Shown here: piece after piece, positions 52,801-64,000 of the stretch | Layout of the letters: every line of letters begins with the position of its first letter | Numbering within the stretch: position 1 is the stretch's first letter | DNA from: Laetmonice hystrix | Lineage: Eukaryota | DNA length: 64,000 bases | Direction: 5' to 3' | Assembly (NCBI GenBank): GCA_965235115.1 | Contig: OZ249436.1 | Span: 33,232,001 to 33,296,000, forward strand | Made by a program: the position numbers and the translations under genes | Notes under the pieces: model-generated | Told to the model about the DNA's origin: nothing | Seen by the model: the letters and a program-made list of their open reading frames with translations, nothing else | Database searches by the model: none

Positions 52801-55800
52801 AGCGCCGTGTTCAGACATTCACGGGGCGCAAAGTATGCCAGCATGGAGACTCGGGAAGAACAGCAGAATTGAGTTTGACATTTATTATTTTGAACAACTT
52901 CCAATGATTCTCAGTCAGTATATTTCTTTATTATTTTCGCAGAAGACCAGTGCTGCATGCATAACACTTATGTAACCTTCTGTTTAATTAAAAGTGGAAT
53001 AAACAAAAAACAAACAAAAAACTATTTCTTAATGTAGGACTACCAAAAGTCATGTGCAAGGATAGCACAATAAAACGTATAAATCTTTAGGAGGGGGCCC
53101 TTTTCATTCTCGGATGACCTATCGAACCAGGTTGCAATAGCTGTCAAGACACGTTCTTCTGAAACCCGACTATATACACGTATCATGAAACATTAATATT
53201 ATAGCTGGGAAAAGAAGTCGAACTTAATTGACGACAAGAAAAGTCTTTGAAAAAGAGGAAAACTCCATAATTCGATCAAATCGTAAGTGGAATGGAATGA
53301 ACTTTGACAATTCTAAGTAACTTTTCATTCGCAATATATCAACGAGAATCAAACTTGACTTTAACATCGTTGATTTATGCTTGTCGAGTGGGCTATGGGA
53401 CAGGTAAGGGAGGGGTCAAAAGGGCGAACCGGCGGGGGGCAAGTGGCCCTGAAGACACTAGCCAGGGCTGGTCATGGGCTGGAACCGGACTGTGCCAGGG
53501 ACGGCTTTCCTGGCACCCAAAATACCTACCAGACGTGCGCTAAACATGCACGGCATTTACAGTCGAGGGCCATGTGGTCTAGCCCGGACTTGGACGAGCC
53601 ACCGTAAGGTTGAACTCATAACAGCACGCATGTAGAGACATAGATATAGACATATATATCCAGGCGGACGGGCAACTGATCTATCTCAGCAGCACGTCTC
53701 GTGGTGCTTTTCTCTCGGCAATGCCAAGGGCGGGAACGGACGTAGATTGGGTCAAGGCGGCTGCTTGGAGAGGGGGTGGGGTGGGTATAGGGGGAGGGGG
53801 CGAGTCCAGCACGCTGGGCGGCCCTGTGCTCGGCACAGTTGGTTGGAGTCGTCGGCGGTAATTCCGTTTGAACGGATCTGACAGTAAGGACCAAACAGGG
53901 GGCCGCAAGTCCTGGCAGAGATAGAAACCATAACCAAAACAACCGTGGCTACCGGTCACCAACAACCGGGCCACGTAAAAATAACGCCCACCTCCCGAGT
54001 CTATACCTCCATCAGATATATCATGGAATAACACATAGTACATGAGGATCAGTCTACGATTATAAAATGTAGGATACAATAAAATAGTTGAAACAGGGGA
54101 AAAGATGCCCTTACAATCTACATGTCCTCCTATCAGTAAAAGTAATAGTTCAGCAGCAGGCATTCGCCAGCTGACGCTGCAAAAATGTATGAGAAGGTGG
54201 CAAATTGTTGCTTCTTGTTCAATTCCATCGATTACGATTTAGAATGTAGTCATCAAAGAAATATTCCGTTCTACACAAGCTGATATTTCCTAACTCTTCT
54301 TATACAGATCTAGCTCAGATCGTATCTAGAAAATTAGCTTTAAAAATGTTCAAAGTAATTATGCACATAATGCAACAAAGCAAGCGATAAAGCTTTACGA
54401 TGAATGCATTATCTACACACACAGTTTGGGAATAAAGAATGTACACGTGTAAGCATCAGTTTCTCATTCTTTTTAATAATTACTTAAATAATTACAATGA
54501 TACAACATGTCTTTTTAAGTACATTATGTAAATATATCACAGACTTATACAGCAGACATTCAAAGATAAAAAGCTGCTCTATTATCATGACCAAAAACTG
54601 ACCACAACTGTCATGGAAAAGTATACAATGGTTGAGTCATTAACAACGCCCAATTTTACCAAATACAATAAGTTATACATTTTAAACGTCTGCATTTCCT
54701 CCACTACGTACGGAGACAAAATCGTGCAAGCCATGAACTGATCTGTGTTTATAATACTTGATAACAGTTCACAGTGGGCCGTGTTGTTAGAAGACTCTAA
54801 ATAATTGGGTATCATTGCTTAATTGGGTGGAATTCAATTACCCGCATGGGCGATTACTGATTGCAATCTGAAACATGTATGCCTAAAATGTTATGATTCA
54901 TCTCACAGGCAAATTTAAATATTACTCTCCATGCCTGTTTTCTTTTGGGTCATAACTTGTTATCCACACAAAACTGATGTGTTGCTTATCACAAGAAGAA
55001 TTCTGTTTGCCATACAAGCACACATACTGAGAAGGCATAATAAACCTGAAAAGTTAATACCATTTCTATACATGTACATGTAGATGGATAGTTACAAATA
55101 ATCATCAACACCAATACTGTGAATCTGCCTCACACATAATAAACCCTAGGGTTTCGTCTACACTGTTTAAAAATAGAGTACATTCATCCGGATTTAACAG
55201 GTAAAAACGCGATTCTACAGTTTTCGACAAAATATTAATAATTGCTCTCCTTCAAATATATCAATAATAAAATCACAAAACCACCAGATTGTAAATATTC
55301 TCTGCGCATACCCTGTCGTGATATATTTACAAAAATTTGGGCTCGGGTTGAAGGATGATCGAGGTAGGATGAGAATCCGATATGAACGTATGCTTGCTCC
55401 TTGCATTACACCCCTAACAGGAAAGGGTGGTTGGAGGTGGTATGGCCAACCATAGTCTCCATCCGGGGCGCGATTGGGTTGTTGAGTGTGGCGTTGAACG
55501 TCCCCTTCAGCACTGTATCCTGGAGGAGTGGGGAAAACTGAAATAAAGTAAACAAAACATCGTGGTTAGTTGACTCCTAGTAGTGCTACATCCAGATTTA
55601 CATCGTTTTGAGAGGACGGTTTCCCATTTACAGTGCACATACCAAGACCTATCCAATACATCACTGTCACATCTTTTCTCCTGTTAGTACACCGAGAGAG
55701 GCATCTTACTGTTTCCACGCACTTCCTGGGTTTGGTTTGAAAATATTGTTCCTGGGCATGGCGACGTGTCTGTCCCTGGTGGTCAAACACTGACTGACTG

Positions 55801-56194
55801 TGGACACAGGGAGGGCACGGTGAGGACAATGGGAACTTTGGTATGAATGAGGATTGGTATGGTGATATTGTGGTTAGTGGTTAACACAGGTGATTGAGGC
55901 CAGAATTCCTCCTTTAATGTTATGAAATTTTAATGAATTTATTAATGAATACGTGAGAGAATGGAGACACGTATTCTGCATGGAGCAGATACCGCACCGA
56001 TACAGTATCGTATGCAGCATCAAGGTTGTTTCTAATCAAAGATACGGAAGGAGAGCTCACTTTAGTTGTAACTTTACTGTACCATTGCTTTACCCCTGTA
56101 ATGGCTGTGGACCAGTGTTGGTCATATTCTTGCCGCGGACCACCTCTGTCCCTATGACCTTTCTAACCGTGGGACGGATCCGGAACCCCTGCGC

Positions 56195-56610
56195 AACCCT
56201 TTCTGTTGGAACCCTTTCGGTGGGAACCCTTTCAGTGGGGACCCTTTCAGTAGTAACTTTCAGTGGTAACCCTTTCAGTGGGAACCCTTTCAGTTGGAAC
56301 CCTTTCAGTGGGAACCCTTTCGGTGGGAACCCTTTCAGTGGGAACCCTTTCGGTGGGAACCCTTTCAGTGGGAACCCTTTCAGTTGGAACCCTTTCGGTG
56401 GGAACCCTTTCAGTGGGAACCCTTTCGGTGGGAACCCTTTCAGTGGGAACCCTTTCAGTTGGAACCCTTTCAGTGGGAACCCTTTCAGTGGGAACCCTTT
56501 CAGTGGGAACCCTTTCAGTAGTAACTTTCAGTGGGAACCCTTTCAGTTGGAACCCTTTCAGTGGTAACCCTTTCAGTGGGAACCCTTTCAGTGGGAACCC
56601 CTCCAGTGGG
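56195..56610. repeat. 15-bp minisatellite (GGGAACCCTTTCAGT), about 27 units
   Basis: Direct reading; variants CGGT, TTGGAA and a shorter GTAGTAACTTTCA unit seen twice. Confidence 0.97.
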
Positions 56611-59411
56611 CACCGCGCCACTCCCCTCCTCCCAGGTCAGTTGATAGCGGTAGTCCGGCCTGATACCTGGTGTTGGAAGGGATCTGGCAACCGTTCGTCC
56701 ATGGATTACGGAAGGTGGAGCTGGGTGGTCACCATGAATACGGCATGAGCCGGGGTGTGGCCAAGGTATGTGTCCAATGACTGCCTACAGCAATATAAAA
56801 CTGGGAAACCTCTCGAGGTATTAGTATGTATGGCTTCCCGCCACTGTCACTGGCAGGCTATTTGTGCAGGTTTATTACAAAATAGATCTCCTCTCATCTG
56901 TGCTACAGTGAAATGTATGGATAGGTGATGTCAGTTCCAAGTTATCTAGTACAGGAGTAATGAATATTACGAAAATAAATTAGATAATTCGCACCACGGC
57001 TCTGTTTCGTATAATCTCGGTTCGTTAACATTTTCAATATGAATTGCAGCAAACGGGCGATGAACAAACTTTGGCTACTTCTCAACTTTTGATCAACATT
57101 TGTCTCTTTCTGTGAGTATGTTTGAACGAGGCTAGTGGTAGCATTTCGGCAGTCACCTAAAACTGTCACATATAAGGATAGATAGTTTCTTAGAAGGACA
57201 AATGTGTGTTGTCCATGGGAATAAACCATCAGCACTCCGACGCGATTTGGAGGAGTTACTAGGTAACACTCTAGTTTGTTAGGTTTATTCACATGGACAA
57301 AACACAGTCGTTCATACACTTTCAGTGAGTATGATCACATATTTATGTGAACCAACGCCCACCATGATTAATTCACTAAAAGTTTACATGTAGGTAGCAA
57401 CCAAATCAAGGATTTCCAGCATGAGTGACCTCTGAGCTTGATGTCCTGTTTGTCCTTTTAATAAACGTACCCCCCCCCCCCTCCCCAACAATCTCAGGTC
57501 CAACCCTGATCCGTCCTGCCTACACACAATACGTTCAGTGAATCGATGATACATATATACCGCCGCCCTTAGAGTCCATAATTTCATTTCGGCTGGCAAA
57601 CCTCCGGCGCCAGGGGTATCGGCACCAGGTTGGTCGGTACATGATCCCTGCTCATTCACTGGTGGCAGATAATCGAGGGTCACATACCATTGGTGGCTTT
57701 AGGAGGACCTCAGGGGGCTCTGCCTACGACCCCCTACTGTCCAGTGCTGGTCGGACAGTAGGTCCAGGGGACCTGCCCGGCCTGCATCTCACAGTCCCCG
57801 GCGCCTCCTTCATTGCAGGCTATCATAGCCAATCAACAATCAAGCGGTAGGTCGCTGAACTGGCTCTCTGGTGGGCAGACCTACATGGCTTTACCGCTGC
57901 ATTTGCTGGGAAATGGCGATTTTTATCATGTCATATTAGACTCGATCTGACAGAGGGCATCACCAGGGACGTGAAAGGGGGAAGAAGGGACGGGAAAATG
58001 GGACTTATTTTGGAACAGCTTTACCGTTGGCTGACCAGTGAACTCTTGGACACTGATGAGGTACTCCTCATAACGTGCATGACATTGGGCAATCTAGATT
58101 GCTGAATTTCTTTAAACCAAATTGGGTCGTTTTGACAATTACATCTATTATTTATTGATTGAATTACGTCGCTGAATGCTGTGTGTACGTGTGTTCACTG
58201 AAGTACGGTCGACCATCCAGAGATGATACGGGAAGTACTTCTGGCCATAAACTCCTGTAGAACTCATGCACACATGTCACGTCCACCATAACTGTGCCGG
58301 GTAACACACGGATATGCACTAGTGTGATATCATAAGTCATATATTTTGATGTTTCTCCCGAAATTTGGGCTTTTCTTTAACCTTTAACAGATCAATGCGA
58401 AAAAAAGTAACAAAGTTATAATGTTAAAAAAACCCAACCTGCCTATTTCCATTGAAAGCTTTGTAACTTGACATGATCCTCTTTATCTTATATTCAATGT
58501 TCAAACTACAGGAATTCAATGGCTATGGACCATTTTTCTTTTCTTGATTGTCCATTAGTGTGAAAGAAGAAAAGATGGTCCAACTCTTGTTTACAAACTT
58601 TCACTTCTATAAAGAATCACTTTGATAAACCTACTATGAAATGTATAGATAACGAACAAGAAAGCTGAAACTAAGTTCCTAATTTAGATAATGTTGCTTA
58701 TCTAACCGCAAAGCACATTTCTCCTGCCTGAAGTCATCCTTTAAGTGCAAAATGAGGTGAGATCAATACCACTTTCCTGATGCATGAAATCTAGCAGCAT
58801 GAAATCTTCGTGAGATTATTCCTATTTTAAATTCTATAATCAGGAGTTCTACAGCACTCTTCAAGAAGACGTTGATAAAAATTAAAATTCACTTCATAAA
58901 TTCGGATCCGGCTATAAGTAAGTATCACATTAAATATACGTGTTTGTAGATTAATGTAAATTACACTCATGTACTCATGATCCCTTCCCGTAACAAATAT
59001 TATCCTTTCTTCTTGGGCACTTTACTAATTGTTCGAATCTTATCTCGATCCTGGGTGGCCACACTGTCTCCCATGGTTTGGGATTGTCGGGATGATTTTG
59101 CTGGGATAAGAAACGATTGTGTTCAGATAATTATTGTGCATATGGATCTCATTAAGATAAGCAGTCATATCAAAGCAGTACATTAACGATGTCAGATGTG
59201 AATTCCAGAAAGCGGTGGTAGGCACGGTACGCCTTGGATCAGTCCACCCGAGCCGTTGGCTCACGGTGTCGGTGTACGATCTCAATATGTAAATCCACCT
59301 CAGGTCTCTCGGTGCTGCCCGGAATATCTCCCTTACTGGTTGTCAACAAACCAGGAGAACAACTCGGCGGTTACATTACAATTGTTGGTTGGTGGGCTAC
59401 TTGGTAAGAGA

Positions 59412-59659
59412 AGTGTAGAAAAACCTGAACGCGAACACAACTGGTGTTGTGGTGTAGAGAGACTTGAACGCGAACACAAGACTGGTGTTGTGGTGTAGAA
59501 AGACTTGAACGCGAACACAGACTGGTGTTGTGGTGTAGAGAGACTTGAACGCGAACACAGACTGGTGTTGTGGTGTAGAGAGACTTGAACGCGAACACAG
59601 ACTGGTGTTGTGGTGTAGAAAGACTTGAACGCGAACACAGACTGGTGTTGTGGTATAGG
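59412..59659. repeat. 40-bp minisatellite (AGACTTGAACGCGAACACAGACTGGTGTTGTGGTGTAGAR), about 6 units
   Basis: Period 40 at 59501, 59541, 59581 and 59621; the first two units are degenerate. Confidence 0.95.
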
Positions 59660-60599
59660 ACGATCACAACACTGCAGTCAGACAATGGACACATTAAGAC
59701 CATGCCCTCTGTGAAATAGTTGTGGAAATCTAACATTCGCAAACGTAGTGCAACATTAGATATAGCTAAATAATGTTATCAACGTCTTTGGAGATATACA
59801 CATTAGGTTTAAATGCCCCCTTTTATCTTTGAAAACGTAACATAAGTTTTTTTCACTGAGTTTTATAGGGAGCATTTGTATATCGGTATCTAATAATTGT
59901 GTCAAAAAGATCTTTACGAAATTGTCAGAACTTATGAACTGCATTGTTTAAAACATGGAATTTATGCTCACGAGTACTACACTAACGAGTAATTTACTGT
60001 CGAAAATAACCTGCTAGATTAATACGTATTCCTTGATTGATGACGGTAAGCTGTCTGACTGGGAAATGTAAAACTATGAAAACATCCTGATAAGGATCTA
60101 GTTATCGTACGGCCGACGACATAATCTGATCATTTGTCCATCTCGACCGTCATCCTGTGGAACGAGGCCATCATCCTGTGGAATGATGCCACTGCTTACG
60201 TTCTTCGCCTAACTCGACGTTACGTCATGATGACGTAAGGAAAACGTTCCGCACTGGTCACCACTCTTGGTCATTACCAATACTATCTTAGTCATACACA
60301 CAGAACCACCACCCCCATCGCTCCCCACGCACAAAACTAAAAACATATGGTCGTAAACGATGTTTTCATGAATTCGAAGGTCTCCGTGCACTACAGGCTG
60401 CCTGGTAGAATTGGCCATGAAAACCAGACTCTGCACAACTTTCAGTGTACCATTTCAAGTCTGTATGTGAAGCGGTTCGGTGCCAAATTCGTTCTAGGAC
60501 AAACAAAAAGAAGAGAAAAAAATTGTTTCTTCTTTTCTTTTTTTCGTTCAAAAAGGAGGTTAGAGATCTCTAATAAACATGGAGAAAACAGCATGCAAA

Positions 60600-61300
60600 C
60601 CGCAACATTGCCTTCTGCCTTCTACCATCTGCGAACTCCTCCTGCCACGCTGCATAAGGCAACCACTTCAAAAGTCAATTTATTTTTTGTCGGTTGCATG
60701 TGAAGTGTGAGGGAGTAGCGGCCGTGACTGTCAGCTTTAGTTTGGACATGACTGTAACCATCTTCCTGCCCCCTGTTGGTGCCAAGGACTGGCCTAATGC
60801 GGACCACGTTTACCGACTGAAATATCTCAGAGTGTGGCTTCATATCATCTTATATTGTCCCACGGCCCTCGGTCCTCGGTTCTTCAGTCTGACCAATGAG
60901 AATGATGGCGGAACAATAACAGTACCATATGGCCACTTTGTGCTAAGTGAGCTGGGAGGCAGACTGGCTCCAAGCCCTTTCAGCCGAGTGGGCAGCAGTC
61001 ATAATGTCTCTGGCGGCCGTTAAGTCTGCCTACGTGGGCTTGTCTGAAGCCTAGCAAAATCACGAGTTTGAAAAGTCATTACTAGGGCTGTGGTGTCAGG
61101 GTAGATTTGGTTGATCCGGTGGAGATGTGCGGGGCATGTGTTCGGGGAAGGTCGGCCGGGATCCCACGGTGAGCGTGGGGCCGAGGGGGCGCCACCAGCA
61201 CCAGCTGCTGGCATGGCCCGCCACCGACCTCCGCACTGAGCCAGATGGCAGCACTGGTACTGCTGGAGGCGCGTGCAATACTAAAGACCGAGGCATTTAC
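60600..61300 (-). mobile_element. Decayed CR1-like 3' ORF2 fragment
   Basis: PAHLHRINQI, LKNRGPRAVGQYKMI (RRxRGDxIxxYKI-like), TGGRKM (TRGH-like) and SHFTCNR (FFSxRV-like), in CR1 order. Confidence 0.4.
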
Positions 61301-61965
61301 AGTGTTGCTCGTGGAATGTATGTAGGTCTACCATTCCCCAAATTTCAATGGCAAAGATTTGAAACCAGTGACACGGTCTGTGTCAGTTTTAACTATCCTA
61401 TACACCCTGTTTATTATTTCTCAAATGTTTTACTCAAGTAATACATATTGGGGGGCCAACTATAATCTATGTAAAGGGTAGAGTACACTCATCCTTTACA
61501 GTCAGTATAATCATCCTTAAAATATACGGATAATAAACGTCCCTTGGCAACAGTGTCCAACGGATTATCTTGTTTCTAAATAACAATGATTCAAGTTTTT
61601 AAATCTCATTGTTACACAGCTTTGGAACGGCTAACCGACAGTCCCGCCTCAGCAGGCAGGTTCTGTAAGTGTTAGTAACAACCTATTGTACGAATTATAC
61701 ACTCATGTGCAATGTGTATTATAGAGAAATCTCTCTTTCTCTCAGTCGACCAGAACAGATGCATACAATAACTGGTGCACGTTGTGTCATGGTCGTACTT
61801 GTTGTCTGGTATCTGTGCATCCATCCGTTCATCAATCAATCAATCAAGCCTGTGACGGTTGACGTACGCACTCTCCACAACCCATCACCACGGCCCCATG
61901 GCCCGTCACCGATACCCTCCACATTGTTTCTGGGGGGTCACCCGTACGGCCACCCCCAGCCCACA

Positions 61966-61998
61966 CACCACCACCACCACCACCACCACCACCACCAC
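61966..61998. repeat. (CAC)11 microsatellite
   Basis: Direct reading. Confidence 0.95.
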
Positions 61999-62364
61999 CC
62001 CAACCTCCCAATCTGATATCACGACCAAATTCATGGCCCCGCCTCAAACCGGCGGCTGACGATCCGGTGTTATCTGTGGGTTTCCATAGTGATGGTTACC
62101 GGGGGTAATGGCCGGTGCAATCTGCGAGGTGATCCGGGACCACCTCCAGGGTGGACGGCGTACCCCAGGAGGGTTGGTTATCAGGGCGCTCCCTCCAGTG
62201 GGTGTCATCCACGTCCCCCGGCCCCGCTCCGCCCACCATGGCAGTACGGACTCATGGCAACGTGTGAAATTAGCGGCTGTCCGGTTGTCAGGGACAATCG
62301 GAATCCGTCTTGGAAAGATCTACCGCAGTTGTCTGGGACTGAGAGTCAGGTTTGGTGCGGACGT

Positions 62365-62400
62365 GGGGGTGGGGGTGGGGGTGGGTGGGGGTGGGGGTGG
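62365..62400. repeat. (GGGGGT)n tract, G-quadruplex-capable
   Basis: Six or more G-runs separated by single T. Confidence 0.9.
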
Positions 62401-63230
62401 AGGACGAAGACGAGATCGAGCGCCTACTTTCTCCAGGCGATATCTCATCCCTTCATGATACAAATATCTATTAGCCCACTGTCTCTAAATTGCATGGTTT
62501 TGCAATTGACTATGTAAATGAATGAACGAGCGAATGAATGAAATCCTAACTGTCATTCTTACACATTCTCATGTCATTCTTAGAAATGAACCCGGGCTGA
62601 GCCACCAAGACATGGGCCCAGGAGAATACAAATGCTCACATCTAGTAGGTAATATAGTGAACCCAAACTGCATAGCCTCAATACACACATCTTAGCGTAG
62701 GCACAGGGGCGTTGGTAAGGGCAATGTGATGTACGTATGTATGTGAAATGAGACATAAACTGGTACTATACATCAAAGATGAGTCACTATATTCCCTTTT
62801 ATTCGATTGGCACTGACTTTGGGCGCGGGTTCCAGGACCAAGGGTACGTACTTCTCCAGGGTTTGAATGATTGGCAGATTTAATCAGAGATAAGAGTGGT
62901 AACAAACGGGGTCTCCATAAATGGGCACGTGTCTGTGCCAGATAGGCATCTGTGGGTGATTCATGGGCCATCGACCCATCCTCCGTCACCGGCAAAAATT
63001 GCGACTCGTTCTGTTATCTCATGTCACGGACACAGGGCAATGAAACAATGCCATTGGAAGCAGGTCTTCACGTGGTGTCTGAGGCCGTCGTAAACTGGGC
63101 GACGATTTACCTTGGCCGTGTTCTCACAGTCCAGTACATTTTATACCGACATCATTATGATACTTCCGTCGATAGGACAAAACTTGACTGTGTAATTGAT
63201 GGGAAGGTCGCGAGGAATGGAGACAGTCAG

Positions 63231-63344
63231 TGACGGATGGGGACGCCTTGTGACGTACACGTTATGACGTATGGGGACGCGCTGTGACGCGCTGTGACGT
63301 ATGGCAACGGACTGTGGCGTATGACAACCGATTTATGGTGACGT
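63231..63344. repeat. Degenerate TGACG-containing short-repeat cluster
   Basis: TGACG at 63231, 63251, 63265, 63285, 63295 and 63339. Confidence 0.75.
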
Positions 63345-64000
63345 AGTTGCGGATTTACCGTGTTGTGGCCGGTGTATCGAGCACAAGGCCGACTTTTACT
63401 GGTACAGTAAACGTCCAATCTGACACACTCAAACGTCCACGCAGGATAAAGTGGGAGTGTGACAATTCTGAATTCTCTAGTGTTCTACGTTCTCTCCTAT
63501 CACGTGTCAAGTTTCTATAATAAATAACGCTACAAATGCTAAAAGAACGGACGTAGCATATTTCAATTATCTTTGTATCACACCTATATCATTACACCTA
63601 TATTAGCAGAGCAGAGAGAAAGGCCGAATTAAAATACACCTGACGACCCTGAAAATGAAGCAGTAGTCCCAATAGCTGACCCTAAGCCAGCACCACGGGA
63701 CGGGGCGTGGTTTCCAGCGCACCCAACGTTCCTCCAGAATGCCTCCGCTTCCCTGATGTGAAGATGATTTAGACCCTCATGTTATATATACACCGAATAT
63801 GACAACGGATATGAACCTCTTTTTTCGTCCAACCTGGTCGTCAATGTGGAGCCTGGCATTAATCCATCGTGTATTTCCAGGAAGTACCTACCCCTTGATA
63901 TTTTACCAAGAAAGCACCGTCATAATTCTGAACAAACTGCACTTCCTCACTCAGTACGTAATATATGTCAGAGTTCCGGGGAGATGGTACCAGGAAATTT

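Noticed and set aside
53616-54163. 160- and 108-aa minus-strand ORFs
   Set aside because: Low-complexity GC-rich stretch with no domain I can recognise.
55953-56748. 204-, 161- and 124-aa repetitive ORFs (e.g. ice-nucleation- or mucin-like)
   Set aside because: Products of a 15-bp tandem repeat that is open in several frames; the flanks have no coding character.
56636-56765. Plus-strand exon (CTCCCAG...AAG|GTATGT)
   Set aside because: Stops in all three frames; at most non-coding, and unsupported.
59333-59742. Cys/His-rich repetitive ORFs
   Set aside because: The 40-bp period shifts frame in every unit, so these are repeat artefacts.
1-64000. CpG depletion left of 43 kb as a gene-body methylation signature
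   Set aside because: Spot counts were inconsistent (4-15 CpG per 300 bp on the left, about 15 on the right); a sliding CpG observed/expected calculation is needed.

Overview
Repeat-rich animal genomic DNA, not prokaryotic. The TAGGCCTA enrichment and long G/C homopolymers suggest an invertebrate deuterostome such as an echinoderm, but that is inference. The only well-supported coding feature is an 88-nt first coding exon on the minus strand (42972-43059). It encodes a signal-peptide-like MAPYAGAVPLKLFQLGLLLVGITPGFSSN, has a CpG-rich TATA/Inr-type promoter above it and ends in a phase-1 GTAAGT donor. The 43 kb to its left looks like a very long first intron or gene body. It contains many heavily decayed L1/Tx1-like and CR1/L2-like fragments, recognised only by eye from motifs. 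It also holds a candidate 288-nt second exon and a textbook AG|GTGAGT site at 136/137 that may be a recursive splice point. The right 21 kb holds four notable structures: a 10-copy 94/98-bp hairpin and AP-1-motif array, a three-level nested MITE, and 15-bp and 40-bp minisatellites. All ORFs over 150 aa in the track are artefacts of tandem repeats or GC-rich/low-complexity sequence. I found no intact transposon ORF, rRNA, tRNA or CRISPR array. I cannot claim a new biological system. The best leads are the putative recursive splice site, the nested MITE and the AP-1/hairpin array upstream of the promoter. No searches were run.
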